From an uncultured Candidatus Babeliaceae bacterium (GTDB lineage Bacteria > Babelota > Babeliae > Babelales > Babelaceae), in the NCBI GenBank assembly GCA_963704655.1, contig OY969927.1, positions 416,001 to 480,000 on the forward strand: a DNA stretch of 64,000 bases, read 5' to 3'. The notes beneath the pieces are model-generated. The model was not told the origin of the DNA. It saw only the letters and a program-made list of their open reading frames with translations, and made no database searches. Positions 28,853-38,357 of the stretch are shown piece by piece. Position 1 is the first letter of the stretch; the number at the start of each line of letters is the position of its first letter. The position numbers and the translations under genes are program-made.

Positions 28853-29827
28853 ATGGAAAAAATATCTACACTATTTTCGCCACATCTTATGATGATGCTA
28901 CTCATATGCATAAACTATAATGCTCATACCCAAGCAATGGCAGATGCAACAGATAAATATGCACTTTTTATGGTAGATGATCAGATTAATAGAGAAAAAA
29001 CACTTTCAACACTCTATCCACATGAAGTTCTTGAATTGTATAAGAAATTTGAAAACGACCGGGTAAAGATCACCTATGATAAAAAAGATAAAAAATACCA
29101 GATAATCTTTGATGGCAAAGTGAGTACTTCCAAACGAGTAACGCTGAACCCAGATGCAACATTACTTGCTTATGAGTATAAAGATGACCGCTGGAATTAC
29201 CCTGCAATAACATTACTAGGATTACTAACAAAAAAGCGTAAATCGTATCACAACTTATTTGATAACAATCTTGAAGCCATTCGTTTTTCACCAGATGGAA
29301 AGTTTCTTGGCCTTGTTTCACCTACGCAAGTTTCAATCTTAGAGATAGATAATGAAAAAAATTCGAAATTAAAATTTAACCTATTCAGTAACAATGCAGT
29401 TGGAAAGTTATATTTTTTTGATATACAATTTGACCAAAATAGTACTCAAGCAGCAGTTGCCACACCTGACAAAACGGTTATTTTTGATGTTAAAAATTAC
29501 ATAGGTAAACGAAGATATATAGAAACATTAGATTCCATAGATACAAGAATTTATCCGCTGCTTGCCTTTAGTTCAGATAACGGTAAAAGTATAATTACTA
29601 ATACCGAAACGTTCTTGATTGTTGACCATGCACATGCTGATTTTAAATATAGTTCAATACGCGATATATTACGTTCTTTAGAAAGGCCCATAGATTTGCA
29701 GTATATTTTTGCAACGGCTACCCCTTTTGAATTTCTAGGAGTAAGAAAATCTATAGATGAGCAGCCTGAAGAATTTGTATACCTAACTGTAAGCACAATA
29801 GATGATCCATTGCTTCTACCAGATTAG
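28853..29827 (+). CDS. Secreted WD40/beta-propeller-like protein
   Basis: Signal peptide; LNPDATLLA, FSPDGKFLG, FDQNSTQAA and FSSDNGK blade motifs. Confidence 0.7.
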   Translation: MEKISTLFSPHLMMMLLICINYNAHTQAMADATDKYALFMVDDQINREKTLSTLYPHEVLELYKKFENDRVKITYDKKDKKYQIIFDGKVSTSKRVTLNPDATLLAYEYKDDRWNYPAITLLGLLTKKRKSYHNLFDNNLEAIRFSPDGKFLGLVSPTQVSILEIDNEKNSKLKFNLFSNNAVGKLYFFDIQFDQNSTQAAVATPDKTVIFDVKNYIGKRRYIETLDSIDTRIYPLLAFSSDNGKSIITNTETFLIVDHAHADFKYSSIRDILRSLERPIDLQYIFATATPFEFLGVRKSIDEQPEEFVYLTVSTIDDPLLLPD

Positions 29828-29850
29828 ACGTATATCAAATTTAATAAAGA

Positions 29851-31335
29851 CTATACGCATATTTTTTTATCAATCTTATATAGTGAAATCATAGCTTTAA
29901 TAAGATATTCTGGCATGTCTTTAAAAAGCTCTTTAATATCAACATCTTCATCAAGATAACCATTAAGATATCTTTTATCAATTATTTTTCCAGCACGTTC
30001 TGCAGCTAGCTGTTCAAAGACAGTAAATAAGCAACGTTGTTTAAGAGATAAAAAATTATTTTTTTTATAATACGCTACTATTAATGCTGCAAAGTTGAAT
30101 ATGCTTACCTTAAAATCTTGAGTATCCTGAGAGTCTTTTGGTAAAATGACAAGTTGATTATTTTCCCCATTGGTAAATGAAATAAATTTTTTAGCCTCAA
30201 CAAAAGGGATTTCGAAAATTTTTCTTGCCGTTGAAATATCAAAACCTTGTATCCCATTAGTAACACATACATGAAAAACATACGAATTATCGCGGCTTAG
30301 ATCTACATAATAATCCCCATTTTTCTTTCCTAACGGAAACATTTTTTTCACTTTACTCGTTTGAGTCTCAACTAATAGAGCGAACGGCATACGCGGCACA
30401 AGAAAAAATTTACCATCAGGAGAAAAAAGTCTATCCCCTGAATAACGTGCTTGCTCAATCATTTCTAAATCGTGCACTAGTGTCCTATTTTCAATATTCC
30501 ATAATCGAAAAAAATCTAAGCCATTAGGATCTAAACCAAGCGAAATCAAATATTTTCCACAAGAACTAAATTCGATCTGTGAGGTGCACGTGTCAGGCTT
30601 ATCTACAAAAAGCATATCAGATCTGTCTTTAGATCGTTCTAAAGTGCATACCAGATTTTTCGTTATAGTATCATATATAAAAATTTTTCTTTCACCTGAG
30701 TAAGTAAGTGCAAAGCGAAACCCTTTTGGGCTATACTGCGCACAATTAATAATCCGACTAATTTCATCTTTCTTGCGCTTAACAAAAGGCAATTGTTTAC
30801 CAGACCATTGATCAAAAAAACCACTTGTATCTGGATGATGAGACCTCGGAATATCTGAACCAATTTCATGAGATGTAGGTGAAATAAAAACCTCAGATTT
30901 AGTTGGATGAAAAGCGATTATTTGGGGAACACATCCCCAATAATATGGGTTTATCATCTTTTCATAAAGTATTTCATGAGATCTTGTATTTACACAATGA
31001 ATTTGATCAACACCAGACTTCCTAGTTGATATATATAATAAAGAACCCGTTGGATTTAATACTATATCTTCTATATCAAAGCGTTCTTTACCGTTAAACT
31101 TCAAAAATCCTTCAGTTGGTGTCAAACGCTTTCCCGTATCACTATCAAACCTCCACACCTCATTGTGAGCAGCAACAATGTGCTCTTGAGCATTTTTAAC
31201 CGCTAGTATTTTTTTTATTGAGCTTGCATCAAAAGTATATAAGGGCTTAGTATCTAAATTATTTAAAGAATAGCTGTTTTGTATACAAGCAAAACCACCT
31301 AACAAAAAATTAAAAAAATATTTAAGCATTTTCAT
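29851..31335 (-). CDS. Secreted WD40/beta-propeller protein with C-terminal SOCS/BC-box-like motif
   Basis: Blades LNPTGSLLY, AFHPT, YSPKG, FSSCGKYL, FSPDGKF; C-terminal SLKQRCLFTV...DMPEYL. Start set at the ATG after a GGTGGA RBS. Confidence 0.72.
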   Translation of the reverse strand: MKMLKYFFNFLLGGFACIQNSYSLNNLDTKPLYTFDASSIKKILAVKNAQEHIVAAHNEVWRFDSDTGKRLTPTEGFLKFNGKERFDIEDIVLNPTGSLLYISTRKSGVDQIHCVNTRSHEILYEKMINPYYWGCVPQIIAFHPTKSEVFISPTSHEIGSDIPRSHHPDTSGFFDQWSGKQLPFVKRKKDEISRIINCAQYSPKGFRFALTYSGERKIFIYDTITKNLVCTLERSKDRSDMLFVDKPDTCTSQIEFSSCGKYLISLGLDPNGLDFFRLWNIENRTLVHDLEMIEQARYSGDRLFSPDGKFFLVPRMPFALLVETQTSKVKKMFPLGKKNGDYYVDLSRDNSYVFHVCVTNGIQGFDISTARKIFEIPFVEAKKFISFTNGENNQLVILPKDSQDTQDFKVSIFNFAALIVAYYKKNNFLSLKQRCLFTVFEQLAAERAGKIIDKRYLNGYLDEDVDIKELFKDMPEYLIKAMISLYKIDKKICV

Positions 31336-31488
31336 TTTTCCACCCACCATTAAAATACCCTTTTCAGTACCATTTTGGCTATGTTTATTTTTTTTTATCT
31401 GCATACTCTCACAAAACACTGTACGCATAATTTTTTTTATTCTATCTTATGACGCATAAGCGCATCATGCGTATCATAAGGAGAGCTC

Positions 31489-33174
31489 ATGAAAGTAACA
31501 TGTACGTACCACGTAATATTAGTATTGTTAGCAACTATCTGCACAAGCTTACATGCCGTAAAAACAGTTTATATTCCACGTTCACAGGGCCATGCACCGT
31601 CAATGATCTGCATGCCGGCCTACGAGCTTACGGTAATCACCACATTAAATTATGCGCAATCATATAAAGGCAAAAATATTGCGCGTGATCTTTTTGGCAG
31701 CGATTGCCTGACTATTTCAGGCAGCCAAGTCGCAAACCGTGGGACAAAAGATCTTTTAGCAGACAACTTTGGCTTAGCACCAGATTTTCAAAGCACACTC
31801 ACTTTTGATCCAAAAATCGAAAATGTTCTTCTAGCATTTTATTTTAATAAACCACTTGATCAAGTTCTTCCAGGATTATATGTTAACTTTATGCTCCCGG
31901 TAAATTATACACGATGGGCGTTAAACCCCTGTGAAAATGTTATTAACCGCGGTTCGCCAGTTTTCCAAAATGGATATATGGGCGATACACTGGTTACCTT
32001 TACCCATGCAACACCCATAACGCCTTCAGATATAGAACAAAGCCCCTGCTTTCCCGTGACGCCTGCACCATCACCAGCGGCACCGGCACAAACTGCACCA
32101 AATGCACAGGCATATTTTTCTGGTAATGTTATTACCGGCGATATTTTACGACCACTTGCCTATAATAAAATAAATTGGTGCCCGTTAAAACGAACAGACC
32201 TTGCAGAACTTATTGTACGGCTTGGCCGAAACTTAATCTGCAACGACCGTACCTTTTTAAGTGTTTTTGTTCGTGCCAGCTTTCAAACCGGGAACAAGCC
32301 GCGCCCAGAATATCTTTTTTCTCCTATAGTTGGCAACGGACAATTTTTTGAACTTGGATTAGGGACACAAGGGCAATATCGTTTTACTCATCTTGATAAC
32401 CCAACCAACGTGACCTTATTATGGGACGGTTCATTTGAACATCTCTTTCAAACAAAGCAGTTACGCACCTTCGATCTTTGTCAGCAGGGACCATTGAGCA
32501 GATATTTGCTTTTAAAACGGATTGATAAAGCAGCACTTACATATGCAGATGAACTTATAGAGGCTTCATACGTTACTACGTTTCCTGTTTTAGTCAGTCG
32601 TGCAATACAGGGTGATATTGATCTTAAACTCTCTATTGAACACAGGGGCTTTACACAAACATTTGGCTATGCACTTTGGGGGACAACGGCTGAAGATATC
32701 TGCCCACAATATGATCAACCAACATGCCCAACAGGCGGCAACAAGTATGGTATCAAAGGAACAAGTGGTGCGTATAACTATGTAACGTATATCACTACAG
32801 CAACCATACTCGAGGGCCTTAACGCAACAGAAAATAGTTCAACTATATTTACAGCTGGTGCAATTGACAACCCAGTACCATTGCCAGACACAACCACCTA
32901 CGATAATGTCTTGAATGGGCAAGTTATTGACCCTTTAATTGTTGCTATTGCATCAAATTCACCACTTGTTATTGGATGTGGATCATTAAATATAGATTCT
33001 GCACGATCACCCGCGCAACTGACACATGCGTTCCTAGCAGAAACCGGATACACATGGCAAGGTTTTCATACACAACCGGCAATTTTAGTAGGCGCATCAA
33101 TAGAAACCGCTACCAATAACCCTGCAGAGCTACACCAGTGGAGCGTATGGCTAAAAGGCTCAGTTGCATGGTAA
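31489..33174 (+). CDS. Putative outer-membrane beta-barrel protein, array paralog 1
   Basis: Signal peptide; shares GSQV..LLADNFGL, VGNG..E.G and LRTFDL..L.RY.LLK with its neighbours; ends WSVWLKGSVAW (alternating strand, terminal aromatic). Confidence 0.75.
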   Translation: MKVTCTYHVILVLLATICTSLHAVKTVYIPRSQGHAPSMICMPAYELTVITTLNYAQSYKGKNIARDLFGSDCLTISGSQVANRGTKDLLADNFGLAPDFQSTLTFDPKIENVLLAFYFNKPLDQVLPGLYVNFMLPVNYTRWALNPCENVINRGSPVFQNGYMGDTLVTFTHATPITPSDIEQSPCFPVTPAPSPAAPAQTAPNAQAYFSGNVITGDILRPLAYNKINWCPLKRTDLAELIVRLGRNLICNDRTFLSVFVRASFQTGNKPRPEYLFSPIVGNGQFFELGLGTQGQYRFTHLDNPTNVTLLWDGSFEHLFQTKQLRTFDLCQQGPLSRYLLLKRIDKAALTYADELIEASYVTTFPVLVSRAIQGDIDLKLSIEHRGFTQTFGYALWGTTAEDICPQYDQPTCPTGGNKYGIKGTSGAYNYVTYITTATILEGLNATENSSTIFTAGAIDNPVPLPDTTTYDNVLNGQVIDPLIVAIASNSPLVIGCGSLNIDSARSPAQLTHAFLAETGYTWQGFHTQPAILVGASIETATNNPAELHQWSVWLKGSVAW

Positions 33175-33234
33175 GAAAAAGTATGGGTACAAAAGGCTTT
33201 TTTAATTTAAAAATGACATATGATTGATCAAATC

Positions 33235-33488
33235 TTGCATATTTTGATTCTTTTGACTAGATTTAACATCGATAATGAAGATCAGCTTTAGCCTAAGAAA
33301 TAAAAATTTAGAAAAAGGAAAGGAGGCATTCAGTAATCATCCCTTATTCCACCAAGTTCTACTTATGCAACGTCTTGACGACGTTGATTGTATGAGGCTT
33401 TAGGTGCCTAATACCGTGAGTTTTAATCTCACAACGTGTATTACACGTACTTTTTTTTGGTTGTTATCTTTTTAAAAGGAGTACTTTG
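33235..33488 (+). promoter_or_regulatory. Promoter and structured 5' leader of paralog 2
   Basis: TTGCAT-17-TAGATT; orphan GAAAGGAGG at 33318-33326; consecutive hairpins; AAGGAG RBS. Confidence 0.55.
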
Positions 33489-35627
33489 ATGAAACAACTT
33501 TCGCGAATATTTTTAACCCTGGCACTTTTGGTGCCTGCTGTTGCTCTTGCAGACAACTGTAATAGTTGCGCAACAACAACAAACAATTGCAACACCAGTT
33601 GCAATACCAGCTGTAACAACTCTTGCAATACAACATGTAATAACAGCTGCGATAACAGCTGTAACCAATCATGCTGTTTCAATTCATGCACCACAAGTGT
33701 ATGTAACACAAGCTGTGAAAGTAGCTGCTACTGCCCTACTGTGTTCATTAAACGTCCAACATACGATAACACTGTTATCGCTTACGGACTAGAATATCAA
33801 CACCGTTATGACATGGACCAAGTATACGGCGGCATCCAATTGGCTTTCGAATACCAACGTTCATTCAACGGAGCTAACCTTGCACGCGGAATGTTTGGTA
33901 GCAATGTGTTAAACTTTGCCGGTAGCCAAGTAGCTAATCCAGCTGCAAACTCATTGTTAGCTGACAACTTTGGTCTTTCACAAGACTTCCAAGGAAGCAT
34001 TGCTCTTAAACCGCTCATCCAAGATTTCAACCTCCATTTCGATTGGTTCGTTGGACTTGATGAATGGGCACCAGGGCTTTATCTGCAACTTGATATGAAC
34101 TTTGATTATCAAAAACGTCAATTACAATATGATTGCGCATGCACTTCAGTTACCACAACAGGCGCTCCATTCCCTGCTGGTTACATGAACGCATCAACAT
34201 CTGTTGTAGCACCTATTACAGATATCCCAACAGCACTTGGTTTACAAAGTACATTTGGTGACAAGAAATCTGCAGGAACCTTTGGTCGTTTTGATTTCTG
34301 TGACAGAACAGAAAGCGGACTTGCTGGTCTTTCTTTAAACCTTGGTTATGATTTTGTACGTTGTGATGACTACTTCTTGGGAGCATTCTTCCGTGTTGTA
34401 GCTCCAACAGGTAGCAGCGTAAAACCTTGCTACGTCTTTGATGCTATTGTCGGTAACGGCAAGGGCTGGGAAGTCGGTGCCGGTATTTCTAGCCGTTGGG
34501 AAATGTGGAACAACAATGATTGTCAAAAACTTACCGCAATGCTTGATGGTTATGTAACATCAGTATTAAAACACCATTCATTACGCACCTTTGACCTTGC
34601 ATCTACAAACACTGCACTTGCTGTAGATTATACCTGTGTTAATAGCTGCAATAACAGCTGTAACAATAGCTGTAACACAAGCTGTAACAATTCTTGCAAC
34701 ACTGGCTGTTCTGTTAATAGCTGCAATACTGGCTGCAGTATGTCTAGCTGTAACACTGGCTGTTCAACAAGCTGCAACAACAGCTGTAACAATTCTTGCA
34801 ACTCATGCAATGCTCAAAACTGCTTAACACGTTACAACTTATTGAAACAATACAGCGTCAACAACGGTGTTTATACATACGCAAACAACCTCATTACTGC
34901 TGCTGATTTCACCACACGTAATGTTGAAGTACGCACCCCAGTTAAAGGTGATGCTACTTTACGTTTAGTGTATACACATGGCGGATTTGACCTTGGATTT
35001 GGTTACAACGTCTTTGGTATGGTTCGTGAAAAAATCTCATCTGTTGGTGGCGCAAGCAGCTGCTTGTTCACAGTAACAGGTACACAATTTGCGGTTAAAG
35101 GTTGCCAAGGTGTAGCGTATAATAGCTATGCTGTTACCAGCGGCTTAATAGATGCTGGCGCTCCATTTACATCAGAACCATTGATCAACTCTTCTAGCAA
35201 ATCAACAGCATATGTTTCAGGAAGCTGTGGATCTGCATGTGTTACACCTGATTATCCAGTTACTATTGGAAGCACAGTTGATGCATTTAATGTAGCCTAT
35301 AATAGTAATGCCAACAATTCACAAATTGTAGGTGGTGCTTCAGTAGCAGACTTAGAAGCTGCTGCAAACTTTGTTGCTCCACAAGCATCTTTAGTTGGTT
35401 CAACACAGAAACTTGTAACATTACAAGGCGATGTTAATGAATTGGATCTTTGCTCAGGCACAGCTCCACGTCAATTCAGCAACAAAGGTTTCGTGTCGTT
35501 GGATTACACATGGGTTGATAACGATTGGGCTCCATACTTAGGCTTCATCGCTGAAGTTGAAGGTGGCTCACGCAACCTCGATCTCGCTCAATGGGGTATT
35601 GTGATAAGAGGCGGAGTCTCTTACTAA
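33489..35627 (+). CDS. Cys-rich putative outer-membrane protein, array paralog 2
   Basis: Signal peptide ending ALA; two tracts of 16 Cys each in CNNS/CNTS repeats; ends WGIVIRGGVSY. Confidence 0.85.
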   Translation: MKQLSRIFLTLALLVPAVALADNCNSCATTTNNCNTSCNTSCNNSCNTTCNNSCDNSCNQSCCFNSCTTSVCNTSCESSCYCPTVFIKRPTYDNTVIAYGLEYQHRYDMDQVYGGIQLAFEYQRSFNGANLARGMFGSNVLNFAGSQVANPAANSLLADNFGLSQDFQGSIALKPLIQDFNLHFDWFVGLDEWAPGLYLQLDMNFDYQKRQLQYDCACTSVTTTGAPFPAGYMNASTSVVAPITDIPTALGLQSTFGDKKSAGTFGRFDFCDRTESGLAGLSLNLGYDFVRCDDYFLGAFFRVVAPTGSSVKPCYVFDAIVGNGKGWEVGAGISSRWEMWNNNDCQKLTAMLDGYVTSVLKHHSLRTFDLASTNTALAVDYTCVNSCNNSCNNSCNTSCNNSCNTGCSVNSCNTGCSMSSCNTGCSTSCNNSCNNSCNSCNAQNCLTRYNLLKQYSVNNGVYTYANNLITAADFTTRNVEVRTPVKGDATLRLVYTHGGFDLGFGYNVFGMVREKISSVGGASSCLFTVTGTQFAVKGCQGVAYNSYAVTSGLIDAGAPFTSEPLINSSSKSTAYVSGSCGSACVTPDYPVTIGSTVDAFNVAYNSNANNSQIVGGASVADLEAAANFVAPQASLVGSTQKLVTLQGDVNELDLCSGTAPRQFSNKGFVSLDYTWVDNDWAPYLGFIAEVEGGSRNLDLAQWGIVIRGGVSY

Positions 35628-35694
35628 AGACACCATAAGCGTAAGCGTTTAATTTTTTTAAACGTTGATCGCATTAAAAACTCGAACTAACACT

Positions 35695-35732
35695 AAAAGG
35701 GAGGCGGAATTATCCGCCTCCCTTTTTTTTTT
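35695..35732 (+). terminator. Intrinsic terminator
   Basis: AAAAGGGAGGCGGA-ATTA-TCCGCCTCCCTTTT followed by a long T run. Confidence 0.9.
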
Positions 35733-35756
35733 ATTAACTTTCGATCTATAATCACA

Positions 35757-35864
35757 AACGAGTAGTCACCATATATCGGCATAATTGCTGAAGTTGAAGG
35801 TGGCACACGTAACACTAATGTTGCGCAATGGGGTCTTGTAGTATGAGGCGGAGTCTCTTACTAA
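35757..35864 (+). pseudogene. 3'-end relic of a fifth OMP paralog
   Basis: NE*SPYIGIIAEVEGGTRNTNVAQWGLVV*GGVSY* matches the paralog 3 C-terminus, with two nonsense changes. Confidence 0.9.
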
Positions 35865-35890
35865 CAAACTTTTAAATTCGAACACAGAAT

Positions 35891-35930
35891 AAAAAAGGAG
35901 CGGCGAAATTATCTGCTGCTCTTTTTTTTT
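35891..35930 (+). terminator. Terminator of the relic paralog
   Basis: AAAAAAGGAGCGGCGA-AATTA-TCTGCTGCTC followed by a T run; a decayed copy of 35695. Confidence 0.65.
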
Positions 35931-36068
35931 ATTAACTTTCGTTCTATAATCACAAACAAAAGAAAGGAGGCCTTGCATAATTCACCTCACTTAAATTAAA
36001 ATTCTATGTAGCGCGTCACAAGGACGTTAATGTTATTAGTTGTTAACTACTTAAAAGGAGTATCTTTA

Positions 36069-38228
36069 ATGAAGCAACTTTCCCGAATATTTTTATCACT
36101 TGCACTTTTGGTGCCAGCACTTGCTGTTGCAGACAACTGCAACTCAACAAGCAGCTGTGCTACCGTTTGCAATAACACTACGTGTAACAACAGTTGCAAT
36201 AATAGCTGCACAAACAAAGTAAGTTGCAATGTTAGCAGTTGTGAAAACAGCTGTAACCAATCATGCTGCTTTAATTCATGCGCAACAAGCGTATGTAACA
36301 CCAGCTGTGACAATGTCTGCGGATGCCCAACACTGCTGATAAAACGGCCAACCTACGATAATACCGTTATTTACTACGGCCTTGATTACCAACACCAATA
36401 TGACAAATGCGAATTTTACGGCGGGTTCCAAGTAGCGTTTGAATATCAACGTTCATTTAACCCAAACAACCTTGCACGTGGCATGTTTGGTAGCACCGTA
36501 TTAAACTTTGCAGGTAGCCAAGTAGCTAACCCTACTCCAAACTCATTGCTTGCAGACAACTTTGGTCTTCCAACAAACTTTGTCGGCAGCATCGCCCTTA
36601 AACCAGTTATTTCAGATTTCAATATGCATTTAGACTGGTTCTTTGGATTTGATAAATGGGCACCGGGCCTTTTCATGCAAGTTGATATGAACTACGATTA
36701 TCAAACACGCGAATTGACCTCAGAATGCGCTTGTGAATTTAACTACACAACAAGCACCGTTTTATTCCCTGCTGGTTATATGAACGCAACAACTACACCG
36801 GTGTACCCAATTTTAGACCTTCAAACCGCACTCGGTTTACAAGGTACTTTTGGTGACAAAAACAGCGCATCACAATACGGACGTTTTGACTTTGGCAATA
36901 GAACAAAAAGCGGACTCGCTGGTCTTTCTATAAACCTTGGTTATGATTTTGTACGTCTTGAAGATTACTTCTTGGGCGCATTCTTCCGTGTGGTTGCTCC
37001 AACAGGAAGCAAAGTACAACCATGCTATGTCTTTGATGCTCTTGTCGGTAACGGCAGAGGTTGGGAAGTCGGTGCCGGTCTTTCTAGCCGTTGGGAAATG
37101 TGGAACAACAACGACTGTCAAAAACTCACCGCAATGCTTGATGGTTATGTAACGTCGGTATTAAAACACCATTCATTACGCACATTTGACCTTGCAACTA
37201 CCAACACTGCACTAAGACGTGATTACACCTGTGCAAATAATTGCAGCAATAGCTGTAATAACAGCTGTAACACAAACTGCAACAATAGTTGTAATAATAG
37301 CTGTAACAATTCTTGCAATACTGGCTGTTCTGTTTCTAGCTGTAACACTGCTTGCAGCGTTGCTAGCTGTAACACTGGTTGCAACAGCAATAACAGCTGT
37401 AACAATGATTGCAATGGCTGCAATGCTCAAAACTGCTTAACACGTTATTCATTATTGAAAGAATTTAGCCTCAATAATGGCGTGTACTCATATGCAAACA
37501 ACCTTATCACAGCTGCTGATTTCACTACACGTAATGTTGAAGTTCGTACACCGGTTAAAGGTGACGCTACAATACGTTTAGTCTATTCACATGGTGGATT
37601 TGACCTTGGATTTGGTTACAACGTCTTTGGTATGGTTCGTGAAAAAATCTCATCGGTAAGCGCACCTAGCAGCTGCATATTCACGACAACCAACTCTGTA
37701 TTTGGTATTAAAGGCTGCAATTGCGTTGCATATAATCAATATGTTGCTGATATTGACCACATAATCACATCAACCCCAGTCTCTTCTATACCATTACAAA
37801 GCACCGCAAGTTTAGCAACTGCTTATGTTTCTGGTAGTTGTGGTAATGCCTGTGTCACTGCAGATAATGCGGTTACGATACCAACATATGTCGAAATTCC
37901 TTCAACCAGCTATCTATACTACAATGCAGCATGCACAAGTGCAGTTCTTGCAGAAGGCACAAGTGTTGAAACCCTACCAGCAGATTATGTTCAACCTACA
38001 AACTCATCAACACCGGTGGTATTAAGTGGCACACCTAATGACTTAGATCTTTGTTCAGGAACAGCTCCACGCCAATTCACCAACAAAGGCTTTATCACTC
38101 TGGATTACGCATGGGTTGATAACGAATGGTCACCATATATCGGCGTTATCGCTGAAGTTGAAGGCGGCATACGCAACACAGATATCGCTCAATGGGGCGT
38201 AGTAATTAGAGGCGGAGTCTCTTACTAA
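36069..38228 (+). CDS. Cys-rich putative outer-membrane protein, array paralog 3
   Basis: AAGGAG RBS; near-identical leader to paralog 2; Cys tracts of 16 and 17 Cys; ends WGVVIRGGVSY. Confidence 0.85.
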   Translation: MKQLSRIFLSLALLVPALAVADNCNSTSSCATVCNNTTCNNSCNNSCTNKVSCNVSSCENSCNQSCCFNSCATSVCNTSCDNVCGCPTLLIKRPTYDNTVIYYGLDYQHQYDKCEFYGGFQVAFEYQRSFNPNNLARGMFGSTVLNFAGSQVANPTPNSLLADNFGLPTNFVGSIALKPVISDFNMHLDWFFGFDKWAPGLFMQVDMNYDYQTRELTSECACEFNYTTSTVLFPAGYMNATTTPVYPILDLQTALGLQGTFGDKNSASQYGRFDFGNRTKSGLAGLSINLGYDFVRLEDYFLGAFFRVVAPTGSKVQPCYVFDALVGNGRGWEVGAGLSSRWEMWNNNDCQKLTAMLDGYVTSVLKHHSLRTFDLATTNTALRRDYTCANNCSNSCNNSCNTNCNNSCNNSCNNSCNTGCSVSSCNTACSVASCNTGCNSNNSCNNDCNGCNAQNCLTRYSLLKEFSLNNGVYSYANNLITAADFTTRNVEVRTPVKGDATIRLVYSHGGFDLGFGYNVFGMVREKISSVSAPSSCIFTTTNSVFGIKGCNCVAYNQYVADIDHIITSTPVSSIPLQSTASLATAYVSGSCGNACVTADNAVTIPTYVEIPSTSYLYYNAACTSAVLAEGTSVETLPADYVQPTNSSTPVVLSGTPNDLDLCSGTAPRQFTNKGFITLDYAWVDNEWSPYIGVIAEVEGGIRNTDIAQWGVVIRGGVSY

Positions 38229-38260
38229 GCTAGTAATAGTTTGTATATCGAATTAACACT

Positions 38261-38293
38261 AAAAGAGAGGCGGAAAATTCCGCCTCTCTTTTT
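38261..38293 (+). terminator. Intrinsic terminator
   Basis: AAAAGAGAGGCGGAA...TTCCGCCTCTCTTTT. Confidence 0.85.
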
Positions 38294-38357
38294 AGATTCT
38301 ATTCATCCCCATCATAAACATGCTAGTATAATTTTAGCACAATGTAAGGGGAGAGTT

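Noticed and set aside
33558-34823. Cys tracts as a CRISPR array or stand-alone RiPP precursors
   Set aside because: There is no repeat-spacer structure and no cas gene. The tracts are in frame inside large proteins, and no radical SAM or other maturase is in the window.
35757-35864. Stop-codon reassignment suggested by in-frame TAG and TGA
   Set aside because: They occur only in a startless relic. TAG and TGA end normal genes elsewhere (for example dprA, htpX and rsmH).
33464-37440. Antisense and alternative-frame ORFs rich in LQLL or AVT over the OMP genes
   Set aside because: They are shadows of the 12-nt Cys-repeat tracts, with no RBS or independent evidence.
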